Positions 27,611 to 38,005 of a DNA stretch of 64,000 nucleotides are shown here, piece by piece. The DNA comes from an uncultured Planctomycetales bacterium. GTDB taxonomy: Bacteria; Omnitrophota; Gorgyraeia; Gygaellales; Profunditerraquicolaceae. The notes under the pieces were generated by a model, which was given only the letters and a program-made list of their open reading frames with translations, did no database searches and was not told where the DNA came from. The stretch covers positions 13,324 through 77,323 of the forward strand of contig CAZQGT010000002.1 in NCBI GenBank assembly GCA_964593005.1, given 5' to 3'. Within the stretch, counting starts at the first letter, position 1. The number at the start of each line of letters is the position of its first letter. A program made the position numbers and the translations under genes.

Positions 27611-29872
27611 ATGGGGAAAAATAATAAGCTAACCCTATTTTTCCAAATATTAATACTATGTGTGCTATTGATTTACTCGTTTATATTTTTCTCTAAAGTC
27701 ATAAAGCGTGATTACATATTTACCGGTGATACAATGTGTACCTTTGCCATGTATTCATATCAATATTCGGGATTCGCTAGGGGAGAATACCCCTTATGGA
27801 ACCCCCTGGTTCGATCGGGGGAACCAGAAGAAATACAGCAGGCTTTATTTACGGCCCATCCAATCTCCAATATAGTTGCGGCAATTTCCGTCCTAATCAA
27901 AGGGAAAGATGTCGTTCTTTCCTACGCCGTATTTATTTTTCTTCTTATTTTATTATATGTCATCGGAAACTATTTGTTGGTTTCTTTATGGACTGCTAAT
28001 CCTTACGCAGGGGTTTTTGCCTTAATTTTATCGTTAGGCACTTCGAGCGTATTTTGGGCTCCATACCATCATTCATTTGTGCTTATATTGCATTCTATTC
28101 CCTGGATCCTGTATTCGGCAACCAAGTATTTTCGTAAGTTTAAGTTTAAATATTTATTAATGTTAACTTTGGCGTCCGCTTCGTTACTTTATTCCTATGA
28201 GTTTATGATTGGCGCATCCTACTTGATTATGCTTTCTATTGCTGCAATCTTTTTTTACCACAAACGGCTAGCAGGTAATTTGCTCCGCTTATTAAAAATA
28301 CCTGTTTGGCATGTATTCTTTTTTGCTAGCATCTTGATAATTATGGCATTCCCCGATTTACTGATTTATCTTAGACTAAAGGGAAACCTCTTGCCTATTT
28401 CAAGAATAACTGATATTAGCGTAACTGATAAATATACGTTGCAATATAGCAATGCTTTATTCAGGGGTCCTTCTGCTGCTTATTCGGGATTTCGTTCGTT
28501 CGGTTATTTTCTTACTTTATTTTTAGGGATTTTCAAACTCTCTTTTGAAGAACTTCGGCTTTACGTCGGGCCATTGGTTTTGCTGTTTGCTCCTATTGGA
28601 TTTTTTCCCTTTACTAATCTTAAGAATAACATCAAGCGAATTGTTTTTGACAGAAGAGCCTGGTGCATCATGTTGTCCGTGTTTTTTGTCTATATGTTTA
28701 GCCGCGGCATCTTTCCTGCAAACCTTTTATATAAACTTCCAGGTTTTTCCCTACTTAGAAACACCAGTTTTCTTTTACAAATTTGTCTTTTCGCAATAGT
28801 TATCATTGCCAGCTTTGGATTCGATAATTTATTAAAAAACGGTTCTCGAAAAATATTTAACGCGACAGCTATTGGGTTACTTCTTTTTTCATTAATAATT
28901 TTATTCTTAGGCGGCGTTTTCTCGGCGCATAATGTTGTTGCTTTATCGCTGTCAATTTTTACTGCAGTCATAGCCATTTTTTTAATCAATTTTACTCCGC
29001 ACAGATTTATCCCGGTTACCTTTTTAACCTTTACTTCTATAGTAGTCTTATTATCAAGCCTGTTATTTTATCAACTTCCAATGTCTGGATGGAAAAATGA
29101 CAATCCTGCCATATCAATTACCCGCAATCGAATAGATCATTCATTGCATTTTCTTTTTAATAGGCCTGCGGATATAGAAATGACCGCGCCGTTGGATCCT
29201 AGTACGAACTTTGGAAAGGATGAATTTTCATCTTATCTCACCCTTAAAGATAATTCATATAAAACATCCGGGGGTAAATTTGGCCACTCATCGTTTCCGT
29301 TGTTAAAGAGTTATTATCTGTTCATGTCTTTACCTGGACATGAGGAAATCATGAAAAGCAAGTTTTTCTTCTTTAATAACTGTTATACGTCTCTTGATCC
29401 TGCGGATATGATTGCTTTTAGGCGCGACCCTAAACTTTTTGAGGCGATGCTTGTAAGAAGGATTGGTCTGGTTAATCGAATTGATAATTCCAGTATTTCT
29501 CTTGGCCCTTTTAAACCGGAATCCGTAAAAGATCTTCCCGCTAAAGCTGATGCAAACGCATTTTCCGTGAAGGTAGTTGAATATAAAGCGAACAGCGTGT
29601 TTATAATTGTTTCAGTTAATAAGCCGGGATTACTCGCTTATATAGATTTATGGGATGATGGATGGAAGGTAAAGCTTGATGGGAGAATTGTTACCTTAAA
29701 AAAGGTGCTCCATACATTTAAGGGAGTAGAGTTATCTCCGGGTGTTCACGAAATTAGATTCTACTACAGGAGTAAAACTCTTAACTCTATATTACTAATG
29801 AATTTTATTTTCATTTCCTGTATTTTAATATTAATTTTATATCCGCTCCTAAGGCGGTTATTGAGGCGCTAA
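27611..29872 (+). CDS. Large polytopic membrane protein, YfhO-like/GT-C-fold glycosyltransferase candidate
   Basis: At least 12 hydrophobic helices over the first roughly 480 aa, a soluble domain of roughly 230 aa, then a C-terminal TM helix. The N-terminal GDTMCTF...GEYPLWNPLVRSGEP resembles the YfhO family. Confidence 0.4.
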   Translation: MGKNNKLTLFFQILILCVLLIYSFIFFSKVIKRDYIFTGDTMCTFAMYSYQYSGFARGEYPLWNPLVRSGEPEEIQQALFTAHPISNIVAAISVLIKGKDVVLSYAVFIFLLILLYVIGNYLLVSLWTANPYAGVFALILSLGTSSVFWAPYHHSFVLILHSIPWILYSATKYFRKFKFKYLLMLTLASASLLYSYEFMIGASYLIMLSIAAIFFYHKRLAGNLLRLLKIPVWHVFFFASILIIMAFPDLLIYLRLKGNLLPISRITDISVTDKYTLQYSNALFRGPSAAYSGFRSFGYFLTLFLGIFKLSFEELRLYVGPLVLLFAPIGFFPFTNLKNNIKRIVFDRRAWCIMLSVFFVYMFSRGIFPANLLYKLPGFSLLRNTSFLLQICLFAIVIIASFGFDNLLKNGSRKIFNATAIGLLLFSLIILFLGGVFSAHNVVALSLSIFTAVIAIFLINFTPHRFIPVTFLTFTSIVVLLSSLLFYQLPMSGWKNDNPAISITRNRIDHSLHFLFNRPADIEMTAPLDPSTNFGKDEFSSYLTLKDNSYKTSGGKFGHSSFPLLKSYYLFMSLPGHEEIMKSKFFFFNNCYTSLDPADMIAFRRDPKLFEAMLVRRIGLVNRIDNSSISLGPFKPESVKDLPAKADANAFSVKVVEYKANSVFIIVSVNKPGLLAYIDLWDDGWKVKLDGRIVTLKKVLHTFKGVELSPGVHEIRFYYRSKTLNSILLMNFIFISCILILILYPLLRRLLRR

Positions 29873-29902
29873 GAGAATACGCGGAAGGCTTAGAAAGAGA
29901 CT

Positions 29903-31429
29903 ATGTCAAAGGCAAGGACAATAGGAAAAAACATAAGTTTCGTAGTTTTGGGCCGTATCGTGACCATGGTTATATCTTTTATGCTCTTTCCTTTTATAGT
30001 TTCACACGTAGGTAAAGAAATATACGGTGTTTATTTGATTGTCATTAGCGTTACCGGTTATTTCGGTCTGTTGGATTTCGGCATGATGTCTGCTCTCACG
30101 AAATATGTCTCTGAATATCATGGAAAAAAAGATTTTAATGGAATAAATAAAATAATCAATGCTTCGTTCTCATTTTATGTCGCCATAGGTATCATAATTT
30201 CATTTCTATTGTTTTTAAGTTCAATATATTTTAACCATTTTTTTAAAGTCAATCCGGTAAATATCCCGACCATAAAGAACCTTTTTGTGGTAGCTGCGTT
30301 ATCTTCGTTACTTATCTGGCCGCTTAGTACATTTCGCGGAACAATTCAGGGGCTTAATATGTGGGGAAGCGATACGGCGGTTAATATAGGTAATCAGGTA
30401 TTGCTTGCCCTGGCGACCTTTTTCATGCTTTCCGGGGGATTTGGCATTGTGCAACTTTTTATAGCCATGCAAGTATTGATTGTGGCTAGTAACGTAATAT
30501 TTCTTTATATGGCACGCAGGCGCACAGGGATTCATATTTTGTTTCCATATACTGAAATTAACACATACAAGTTCATATTTAATTTTAGTTTTTTTATGTT
30601 CCTGAGTTCATTAACGGCCATATTCTTATTTCAAATGCATAATATTATTATAGGCTATTTTATTTCTATGTCCGCGGTATCGGTATACGCTGTGGCCTAT
30701 AATCTACAAAATTATTTCCGTGTTATTAATTCAACAATTGGCGGCCCTTCCTGGATAGTTGCTTCAGAGATGGAGGGGGCTTATGATTATGAGCGTCAAA
30801 AGCAACTTTTATTTAAAGGCACAAAGTTTATGTCCGCGGCATTCTTGCCTATTATAATAATTGTTTTTATTTTTGCCGAGCCTTTTATAAATTATTGGAT
30901 GGGCCCGTCTTTTGGGGAAAGTATACTCCCGGCGAGAATAATAATATTATTTTGGTTTTTTAATGGTACCTCTGAACTGGCTACCGGGATGTTATCGGCC
31001 AAAGGAATAGTGCGTCCAGTTTTCATTATTTTGTTTATGGCTGCGATTTTTAATTTATTGATCAGTATCTGTTTGATAAAGGTCCTAGGTATCCTTGCCG
31101 TGGCTCTGGGGTTGGCTCTTTCCATGATCTTCGTCGCCTTCCCTTTATATCTTCGATTGGCATTAATAACACTGAAGGTTACTTTTAATGAATATTTTTT
31201 AAAGAGCATACGGGTTAACTTGAGGCTGTATCTGTTTACCGTTATCTTGTCCATAGGAACGTTAATTTGGCGTTACCCGAAGAATTTTTTCTTTACTTTT
31301 TTTGAAATGGGTTTGCTATATGTGATTTCGTTAGGAGTTTACTATTTCGGGCTTCTTGATTCTTCTGAGCGGGAAGATGTCAAAAGGCTCATAGGGCTTA
31401 ATAGGGGTGTCTTTAATGGGTTGCGTTAA
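29903..31429 (+). CDS. wzx: Wzx-like polysaccharide flippase (MOP/MATE superfamily)
   Basis: 508 aa with about 12-14 TM helices. N-terminal KNISFVVLGRIVTMVISFMLFPFIVSHVGKEIYGVYLIVISV is typical of O-antigen/teichoic acid flippases. Confidence 0.65.
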   Translation: MSKARTIGKNISFVVLGRIVTMVISFMLFPFIVSHVGKEIYGVYLIVISVTGYFGLLDFGMMSALTKYVSEYHGKKDFNGINKIINASFSFYVAIGIIISFLLFLSSIYFNHFFKVNPVNIPTIKNLFVVAALSSLLIWPLSTFRGTIQGLNMWGSDTAVNIGNQVLLALATFFMLSGGFGIVQLFIAMQVLIVASNVIFLYMARRRTGIHILFPYTEINTYKFIFNFSFFMFLSSLTAIFLFQMHNIIIGYFISMSAVSVYAVAYNLQNYFRVINSTIGGPSWIVASEMEGAYDYERQKQLLFKGTKFMSAAFLPIIIIVFIFAEPFINYWMGPSFGESILPARIIILFWFFNGTSELATGMLSAKGIVRPVFIILFMAAIFNLLISICLIKVLGILAVALGLALSMIFVAFPLYLRLALITLKVTFNEYFLKSIRVNLRLYLFTVILSIGTLIWRYPKNFFFTFFEMGLLYVISLGVYYFGLLDSSEREDVKRLIGLNRGVFNGLR

Positions 31430-33179
31430 GAAACATTTAGCTACTACGGGTATTTCCGAGATGTGGGATCTTGATAGCCCCGAGATATTATTTTTGGGAC
31501 CATGGTGTTTTTCAGAAGATAGGAACAGACGATTAATTGAAGGTAGGCCCTATTCTATTATTCCCTCTCCTTGGAAGCCAGCGATTAAGATAAAGGAGGC
31601 TGCGGATTTATGTAATGGGATTTATGTGGAGATATTTTATGAGTTGACCGACCGGCTAAATTTACTCCATAGCGCCTCTTATTCCCAGAAGTATTGGAGG
31701 ATACTTATCGGTCCGTGGTTGAGATATTTTATAGAAATACTCTATGAGAGATATAAGAGGATAGAGAATGCGTTTACGCTTTTCCCGGATATTCATACGT
31801 ATGTGTTGCCGCCAACTTTATGCTCATTAGCAACTCTGGATACCTATGATTTTGTTTCTATCCGGGGTAAAGCTACGGAAGATTATTATAACTTAAAATT
31901 GTTTAGCTTGATAACCCGGTATTTATATCCTGAAAAAGCTATCGAAAAATATAACTCTCTACCTTCGGTTGAAAAAGTAATTGGTCTAAAATCAAAGATA
32001 TCTAAAAGATTATTTTATAAAGCTAATAAAGTAATTTCATTATTTTTTTACCCGAATGTGATTTTAAGCGATATGTATCATCTCGATCTTACTCAGATAT
32101 TGGATTTGGAATTTAATTCCTCTTTAAATAGAGTAATTTTTGATAATTTTACTGATAGAAGCGGTGCATTGAAGCGTGTTAATTATTCGCAAGATTTTAG
32201 GCATAAATTAAGATTTGAAGGCAAGTATGATAAATTTAATGCCTTGCTTAGGCAATTAATTCCTAGCGCTATACCGATGTGCTATGTAGAAAACTTTAAT
32301 AAATACAGAAAGAAAGTTAAGGCAGTGGGGGTTAAGGTGGTAGGCTCAGCGGTAGGATTTTATTTTAACGAAAACTTTAAATTCTTTGCTGCGGAAGAGA
32401 CGTCTAGAGGGGTTAAACTTATTGATTTTCAGCATGGCGGAGGATACGGAATAAGCCTTTCTTGTCCTGCAGAAACCACATCATTAGAAAAAGATGTATT
32501 TTATACCTGGGGTTGGCGGAGCCTAAATAACAAGAATACAATGCCTTTGGCTAGCCCGTATCTTTCAAGATTAAGAGATAATTATAAATTTACCGAAAAC
32601 AATATATTATTTGTAGGGAATAATATCCACAGATATTTAAACAGCTTTATGACTATATTTACTCCGGATGATATACCTCAATATTTTTTAGATAAAAAAA
32701 GATTTGTTGATGTTTTGGGCCAATCACAGCGAAGTGAGTTGTTATATAGGCCATATCAGGAAGTTGGATGGAATGAAGTGGTTGTAATAAAAAATTTAAT
32801 GCCTGGGATAAGTATCTTATCTAAGGGCCGGTTGATAGATTGGATGAAAAAATTTAAAATTGTGGTTATAGATCATCTGAGTACGTCAAATATGGAAGCC
32901 TTGGTGATAAACGTGCCAACTATTTGGTTTTGGGATCCTGATATTTGGCTTATAAGGCCGGAAGCTGAGAAATATTTTGACCTGTTAAGGGATGTAGGTA
33001 TCTTGTATAATACTCCGGAAGAAGCAGCGCGGAAAGTTAATGAAATTAATGATAACCCACTAAACTGGTGGCGCGATCCTAAGATACAAAAAGCCCGGGA
33101 TCTGTTTTGTAATGAATTTGCCCTTAGCAGTAATAATTGGCGCGAAGAATGGAATAAAATTCTAAATGAATATAAATAA
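31416..33179 (+). CDS. Hypothetical protein, no recognisable motif
   Basis: No recognisable motif. Sits between the flippase and a methyltransferase. I prefer the ATG at 31416 (AGGGG upstream) over the track's GTG at 31407. Confidence 0.25.
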   Translation: MGCVKKHLATTGISEMWDLDSPEILFLGPWCFSEDRNRRLIEGRPYSIIPSPWKPAIKIKEAADLCNGIYVEIFYELTDRLNLLHSASYSQKYWRILIGPWLRYFIEILYERYKRIENAFTLFPDIHTYVLPPTLCSLATLDTYDFVSIRGKATEDYYNLKLFSLITRYLYPEKAIEKYNSLPSVEKVIGLKSKISKRLFYKANKVISLFFYPNVILSDMYHLDLTQILDLEFNSSLNRVIFDNFTDRSGALKRVNYSQDFRHKLRFEGKYDKFNALLRQLIPSAIPMCYVENFNKYRKKVKAVGVKVVGSAVGFYFNENFKFFAAEETSRGVKLIDFQHGGGYGISLSCPAETTSLEKDVFYTWGWRSLNNKNTMPLASPYLSRLRDNYKFTENNILFVGNNIHRYLNSFMTIFTPDDIPQYFLDKKRFVDVLGQSQRSELLYRPYQEVGWNEVVVIKNLMPGISILSKGRLIDWMKKFKIVVIDHLSTSNMEALVINVPTIWFWDPDIWLIRPEAEKYFDLLRDVGILYNTPEEAARKVNEINDNPLNWWRDPKIQKARDLFCNEFALSSNNWREEWNKILNEYK

Positions 33180-34194
33180 TTTTATTACGGAGATTGTCGA
33201 AAAAAGGGATAGGGTTTGGTTTGGTCCGGCCGGAGGGTACTGGTCTAATCTGGATAAGGAAGAAAGTAAGAAGTTCCTGAAAGATTTACCTGTGTTAGGT
33301 GCGCGAAAAACCGTAGAATATTATTTTCCGCAATACTTTAATGTGATTTTTTCCCCAAAAAGAGCAGGCGGACTGCCATTGTTGGACCCTCAGCCGGGAG
33401 AAGTTATTGTCGATGTTGGCTGTATGTGGGGGGCTTTGACAGTTTATCTTGCGAAGGCGGGGTGTGCGGTTATCGCGATTGATCAGACGCTTGAATCGCT
33501 TCGGTTATTGCAACAGCGATTAGTTGATGAATCTTTGACCAATGTTGAAGTTGTTTGTTCCGATCTTAAAAAGATCAGCTATCGAGAAGCATCAGTCGAC
33601 ACATTTGTGGTTAATGGGGTGCTGGAGTGGATTCCGGAAACCGGTACAATAGAGCTAAAGAAATGTTATGGCAAGAAGATAGCTAAGACGGATGACTGCC
33701 GCAGCCGGCCAGATGATTTGCAGAAGGATTTTTTACGCAATCTTTATCTGGGTTTGAAGAAGGGCGGCAAGTTGTATCTTGCGATTGAGAACAGGTTTGA
33801 TTTTAAAATGTTCTTTGGTTGCCCGGATCCGCACGTTAATTTGCCCTTTGTTTCGTTATTACCTCGCCGCATCGCGGACGTAATTTCTCGTATGAGGCTC
33901 GGTAGGCCATACATCAATTGGCTTTATTCTTTCGGCGGGATTAAGGCTTTGCTGAGTGAATCCGGTTTTTCCCGCATTGATCTTTATATGTGTTTTCCCG
34001 ACTATCGTTATCCCGAACGTATCATTCCGTATTCCGGTTCATTAAGAGGTTTTGAGCCGACTATTAAACTTGTAAATGAAAAAGGGCAAAGGCCCTTTAA
34101 GAGATTATTGGCGCGCTTGGGAGAATTTATTATTTTTAATAAATTGCGCCTTAAAATACTGGCGCCTTCAATTATTGCTATAGCTCAAAAATGA
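33166..34194 (+). CDS. Class I SAM-dependent methyltransferase
   Basis: Motif I VIVDVGCMWGALTVYLAKAGCAVIAID. LKKGGKLYLAIEN. Confidence 0.55.
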   Translation: MNINNFITEIVEKRDRVWFGPAGGYWSNLDKEESKKFLKDLPVLGARKTVEYYFPQYFNVIFSPKRAGGLPLLDPQPGEVIVDVGCMWGALTVYLAKAGCAVIAIDQTLESLRLLQQRLVDESLTNVEVVCSDLKKISYREASVDTFVVNGVLEWIPETGTIELKKCYGKKIAKTDDCRSRPDDLQKDFLRNLYLGLKKGGKLYLAIENRFDFKMFFGCPDPHVNLPFVSLLPRRIADVISRMRLGRPYINWLYSFGGIKALLSESGFSRIDLYMCFPDYRYPERIIPYSGSLRGFEPTIKLVNEKGQRPFKRLLARLGEFIIFNKLRLKILAPSIIAIAQK

Positions 34195-34949
34195 TAGAAT
34201 TAATAAGGAATTGTTCCCATGATAGTGAAATTGCAACGTATTTAATTGTTGATTGTGGGAGTAAGCAAATAATAAAGGTTGCCTCAAGTATTATTGGAAT
34301 TGATGGCCTCCAACGCGAACTTCAGGGGTGGCAGTGGTATCAAAAGGCGCGATATCCTGAGCAAAAGGATCATATCTGCAAGATTATCCAAAAGAATCCC
34401 AGTTATCTTAAAATTGGAATAAAGTTTATTAATGGAGTTAAGGCAGATTACAGGACAGGATTAATATTAAATAGGAATTTATTAAGAAAAGTTATGTCGC
34501 ATTATTGCGATATATGGCCATATTATTCTAACGGTTGTTCGGTTCTGCACGGAGATTTATCATTAGATAATATTATTTGCAATAAAGAAGGTATTCATAT
34601 CATTGATTGGGAGTATTTTAATCCTAATGGCGCTCTTTGGGGTTTTGATGCTGTGTACTTATTGTTTGAGGTTTTATATTTCGGCATGAAGAGGCGAAAG
34701 CTGCCATCTTTGCTGGAGTTTGATATTATTGCTGAAAATATAGCCATTCTTAACAAACAAAAGCTGTTAGCGGTTGATTTTATAAGAAGTCCGTTAAAAA
34801 CTGTTAAAGATTTTATTATTACAAATTATAAGTGCTGGGGAGATTATTTATTGATAGCGCCAAAGAAGCTTCCTATATTATCTTTTACCGATAATCAAAT
34901 TTTTTTAATTGATCAGGCTATTTCTAGCAGGATGAGAGGAATGTTATGA
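34191..34949 (+). CDS. Phosphotransferase of the APH/choline-kinase (protein-kinase-like) fold
   Basis: LHGDLSLDNIIC is a Brenner-type HxDxxxxN catalytic loop. IIDWEYFNPNG is the choline/ethanolamine-kinase-like motif. Confidence 0.5.
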   Translation: MIELIRNCSHDSEIATYLIVDCGSKQIIKVASSIIGIDGLQRELQGWQWYQKARYPEQKDHICKIIQKNPSYLKIGIKFINGVKADYRTGLILNRNLLRKVMSHYCDIWPYYSNGCSVLHGDLSLDNIICNKEGIHIIDWEYFNPNGALWGFDAVYLLFEVLYFGMKRRKLPSLLEFDIIAENIAILNKQKLLAVDFIRSPLKTVKDFIITNYKCWGDYLLIAPKKLPILSFTDNQIFLIDQAISSRMRGML

Positions 34950-35707
34950 GAAAGTTGTTTCAAAAGGAATGGCATGGAATTCCCTTTAAGGATTTTGTTG
35001 TGACTTCCTCCAGTTGTTTGCCTGATCTCCAGTTTTACAAATCATTTTATAGTTGTTTTTTGTCCAAATACCATGATTGGGGAGATTTAGATCCGGAATG
35101 GGTAAAATTGAAATTGGAAACAGCCGGATTATTAGAATCACAATTTAAGGCTGAGAAAAATACTAAAATATTGTCGTTAAGTTGCGGTTTAGGAGTCATT
35201 GAAAAGGAGCTTGTTCGGAAGGGGTACAGCAATTTAAGTATTACTGAAACTTTGATTGAACCTTTAGCATGGATAAGAAAATATGTGCCGCAGGAAAATA
35301 TATTTATTGGATTTTTTCCTGATTGCCTGCCTAAAAATTACACTTATGATATAATTTATTTGGCAGGTGCGGAGTATTTTTTAGATCAGGATGAATTGAT
35401 TTTGTTATTGAAAGAGGCAAAGAGCCGGTTGTCTGACGGTGGCAGATGTATTCTGGTAAGCTGGTCTTTTGAGCCAGCTACCTTTTTAAATAAAATGATG
35501 AGCATTGCCAAGTATTTTTTAAAATATTTCTTTCAGGTTTTACATATTAAGGATCGTGGCCAGTTTTGGGGATATTCAAGAAATCAAAGTGATTTTCACA
35601 ATGCTTTTGTTGAGGCGGGATTTAATATTAAAGAAGATGGAGTGCTTAAGAAGGATACACAATGGGATACCTATTGGATAAGTGCTAAAATAAAAAAAGG
35701 AATTTAG
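34946..35707 (+). CDS. Putative SAM-dependent methyltransferase (divergent)
   Basis: Motif I-like KILSLSCGLGVIEKELVRKGYSNLSI and LSDGGRCILVS. Weak. Confidence 0.35.
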   Translation: MRKLFQKEWHGIPFKDFVVTSSSCLPDLQFYKSFYSCFLSKYHDWGDLDPEWVKLKLETAGLLESQFKAEKNTKILSLSCGLGVIEKELVRKGYSNLSITETLIEPLAWIRKYVPQENIFIGFFPDCLPKNYTYDIIYLAGAEYFLDQDELILLLKEAKSRLSDGGRCILVSWSFEPATFLNKMMSIAKYFLKYFFQVLHIKDRGQFWGYSRNQSDFHNAFVEAGFNIKEDGVLKKDTQWDTYWISAKIKKGI

Positions 35708-35708
35708 A

Positions 35709-36830
35709 ATGAGAAAGATTAAACTTTCAAAATCGATTGTTGGGTTAGAAGAGAAAAAAGCGTTAAGTAAAGTAATTAACGGCAGCTATCTGGGGATGGG
35801 GAGCTTTGTCAGGGATTTCGAAAAATCACTCGAAGAATATATCGGCGGCGGCAAAGTTATATGTGTTAATTCAGGAACTGCCGCCTTACACCTGGCATTG
35901 ATGGGGATAGGGCTTATGCCTGGCGACGAGGTATTGGTGCAGTCGCTTACTTTTGTTGCCTGTTTTCAGGCAATAAGCGCTATAGGTGCTAAGCCGATAG
36001 CTTGCGAAGTTGTCCCGGGAACCTGTTTAATAGACTTAAAGGACGCCAAAAAGAGGTTAACTAAAAAAACAAAAGCAATTATGCCGGTGCATTATGCCAG
36101 TAGAGTTGAAAATATAGAAGAAGTTTATGCTTTTGCAAAAAAATATGGGCTTAGGGTTATAGAAGATGCATCTCATGCTTTTGGCTCGAAATATCATGGA
36201 AAAAAAATCGGTTCGTTTTCTGATATAGCATGTTTTAGTTTTGATGGTATAAAAAATATCACTTCCGGCGAAGGCGGGGCGGTTGTAACCAAAGACAAAA
36301 AGGTGGCCCAATTGGCAATGGATGCAAGGCTTTTGGGAGTTCGCAAAGATACTGAGAAGAGGTATCAAGGAAAGAGGAGCTGGAAATTTGATGTGTTTGT
36401 TCAGGGGTATAGATATCATATGAGCAATTTGTTTGCCTCTATTGGGCTTATCCAGCTTGGGAGGTTTGAAAAGGGATTTAAACCCTATCGCCAGAAGTTG
36501 GCTAAAAAGTATCATTATGAATTAAGTTCGCTTTCCGATGTTGTGTTATTCCCGGATGATTATGATGAAATCGTGCCGCATATATTTCCGATAAAAGTTG
36601 TGAATGGCAAGAGGGATGATTTGAGGCGCCATTTGATAATTAATAATATTGAATGCGGGGTGCATTATTATCCCAATCATCTTCTTGATTATTATGGAAA
36701 AGGAAAAGTAAAACTGCCGGTAACAGAAAAAATTTACAATGAATTGCTAAGCCTGCCTTTGCATCCTGATGTCACAGAGAGAGAGCAGAAGTATATAGTT
36801 AAGAAGATTAAGGATTTTTTTAGTAAATAA
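35709..36830 (+). CDS. DegT/DnrJ/EryC1/StrS-family PLP-dependent sugar aminotransferase
   Basis: VICVNSGTAALHLALMGIG. The conserved Lys is in FSFDGIKNITSGEGGAVV. Length is typical at 373 aa. Confidence 0.75.
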   Translation: MRKIKLSKSIVGLEEKKALSKVINGSYLGMGSFVRDFEKSLEEYIGGGKVICVNSGTAALHLALMGIGLMPGDEVLVQSLTFVACFQAISAIGAKPIACEVVPGTCLIDLKDAKKRLTKKTKAIMPVHYASRVENIEEVYAFAKKYGLRVIEDASHAFGSKYHGKKIGSFSDIACFSFDGIKNITSGEGGAVVTKDKKVAQLAMDARLLGVRKDTEKRYQGKRSWKFDVFVQGYRYHMSNLFASIGLIQLGRFEKGFKPYRQKLAKKYHYELSSLSDVVLFPDDYDEIVPHIFPIKVVNGKRDDLRRHLIINNIECGVHYYPNHLLDYYGKGKVKLPVTEKIYNELLSLPLHPDVTEREQKYIVKKIKDFFSK

Positions 36831-36865
36831 CTTGTTTATGCCGGGCTAAATCGGTATAATAAAAA

Positions 36866-38002
36866 TTGGAGAATAATATGGAAAAGCATAAAATAAGATC
36901 AGTCTTTAAGAATATTTATAAAGGGAAAAAGGTCTTAGTTACCGGCGATACCGGCTTTAAAGGATCCTGGCTTTCTATATGGCTGGCTTTATTGGGGGCT
37001 GAAGTCGTAGGGTATTCGCTTTATTTACCTTCTAAGCCGTGTTTATTTTCAGTCTGTAAAGTTAATAAGCATATTAAGCATATTAATGGAGATATCCGGG
37101 ATTACGCTGCATTAAAAAAAATATTTTTAAAATATAAATTTGATTTTGTATTTCATTTGGCTGCCCAGCCTATTGTAAACAAGGCTTATCACGATCCAAG
37201 ATCTACTTTTGAAGCCAATGTTTTGGGCTCGGTTAATATTTTAGAGTGTATTCGTAAGTTTTCTAGCAACACAGTAGCTATAATGATTACTAGCGATAAA
37301 TGTTATAATAATATGGGTTGGGATTGGGGATACAGGGAAACAGACCACCTTGGAGGAAATGACCCTTATAGTGCTTCAAAAGCTTGCGCTGAATTAGTTT
37401 GTCGTGCTTATTTTAAATCATTTTTTTATAAGCCGGATAGCTGTCTTAGGATCGCGACAGCAAGGGCGGGAAATGTCATCGGGGGCGGAGATTGGGCTGT
37501 TGATAGGATAGTTCCGGATTGTGTTAAGGCATGGAGTAAGAATGAAACGGTGAATGTCAGGAACCCAAAGGCAACTCGGCCTTGGCAGCATGTTCTTGAA
37601 CCTTTAAGCGGATATTTATGGTTGGGCGCGATAATTTCTAAGTCCCGAAAATTGAATGGCGAATCTTTTAATTTTGGTCCTGATTATAAGGTAAGGGAAT
37701 CAGTTGGAGGGTTGATTAAGTTATTCTCAAAATATTTTCAGGGAAATAATCAATGGAAATATCATGACAGAGAGAATGTGTTAAAAGAAAGCATGTTTTT
37801 AAAAGTATCAAGCGATAAAGCTTTAAAATACCTGGATTGGCATGCTGTGTTATCTTTTTCCGACACGATAAAAATGGCCGCGGAGTGGTATGAAAGATAT
37901 TATAAAGATAGAGATAGAGATATGCTAGATTTTACAATAAAACAGATAGGGTGTTATATTTCTGAAGCTAAAAAACTTAAACTTCCCTGGGCGAAAGGTT
38001 AA
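36866..38002 (+). CDS. rfbG: CDP-glucose 4,6-dehydratase (RfbG family, SDR)
   Basis: YKGKKVLVTGDTGFKGSWLSIWL matches the RfbG-specific N-terminal signature FWxGKxVxxTGxTGFKGSWLxLWL. Confidence 0.7.
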   Translation: MENNMEKHKIRSVFKNIYKGKKVLVTGDTGFKGSWLSIWLALLGAEVVGYSLYLPSKPCLFSVCKVNKHIKHINGDIRDYAALKKIFLKYKFDFVFHLAAQPIVNKAYHDPRSTFEANVLGSVNILECIRKFSSNTVAIMITSDKCYNNMGWDWGYRETDHLGGNDPYSASKACAELVCRAYFKSFFYKPDSCLRIATARAGNVIGGGDWAVDRIVPDCVKAWSKNETVNVRNPKATRPWQHVLEPLSGYLWLGAIISKSRKLNGESFNFGPDYKVRESVGGLIKLFSKYFQGNNQWKYHDRENVLKESMFLKVSSDKALKYLDWHAVLSFSDTIKMAAEWYERYYKDRDRDMLDFTIKQIGCYISEAKKLKLPWAKG

Positions 38003-38005
38003 TTT

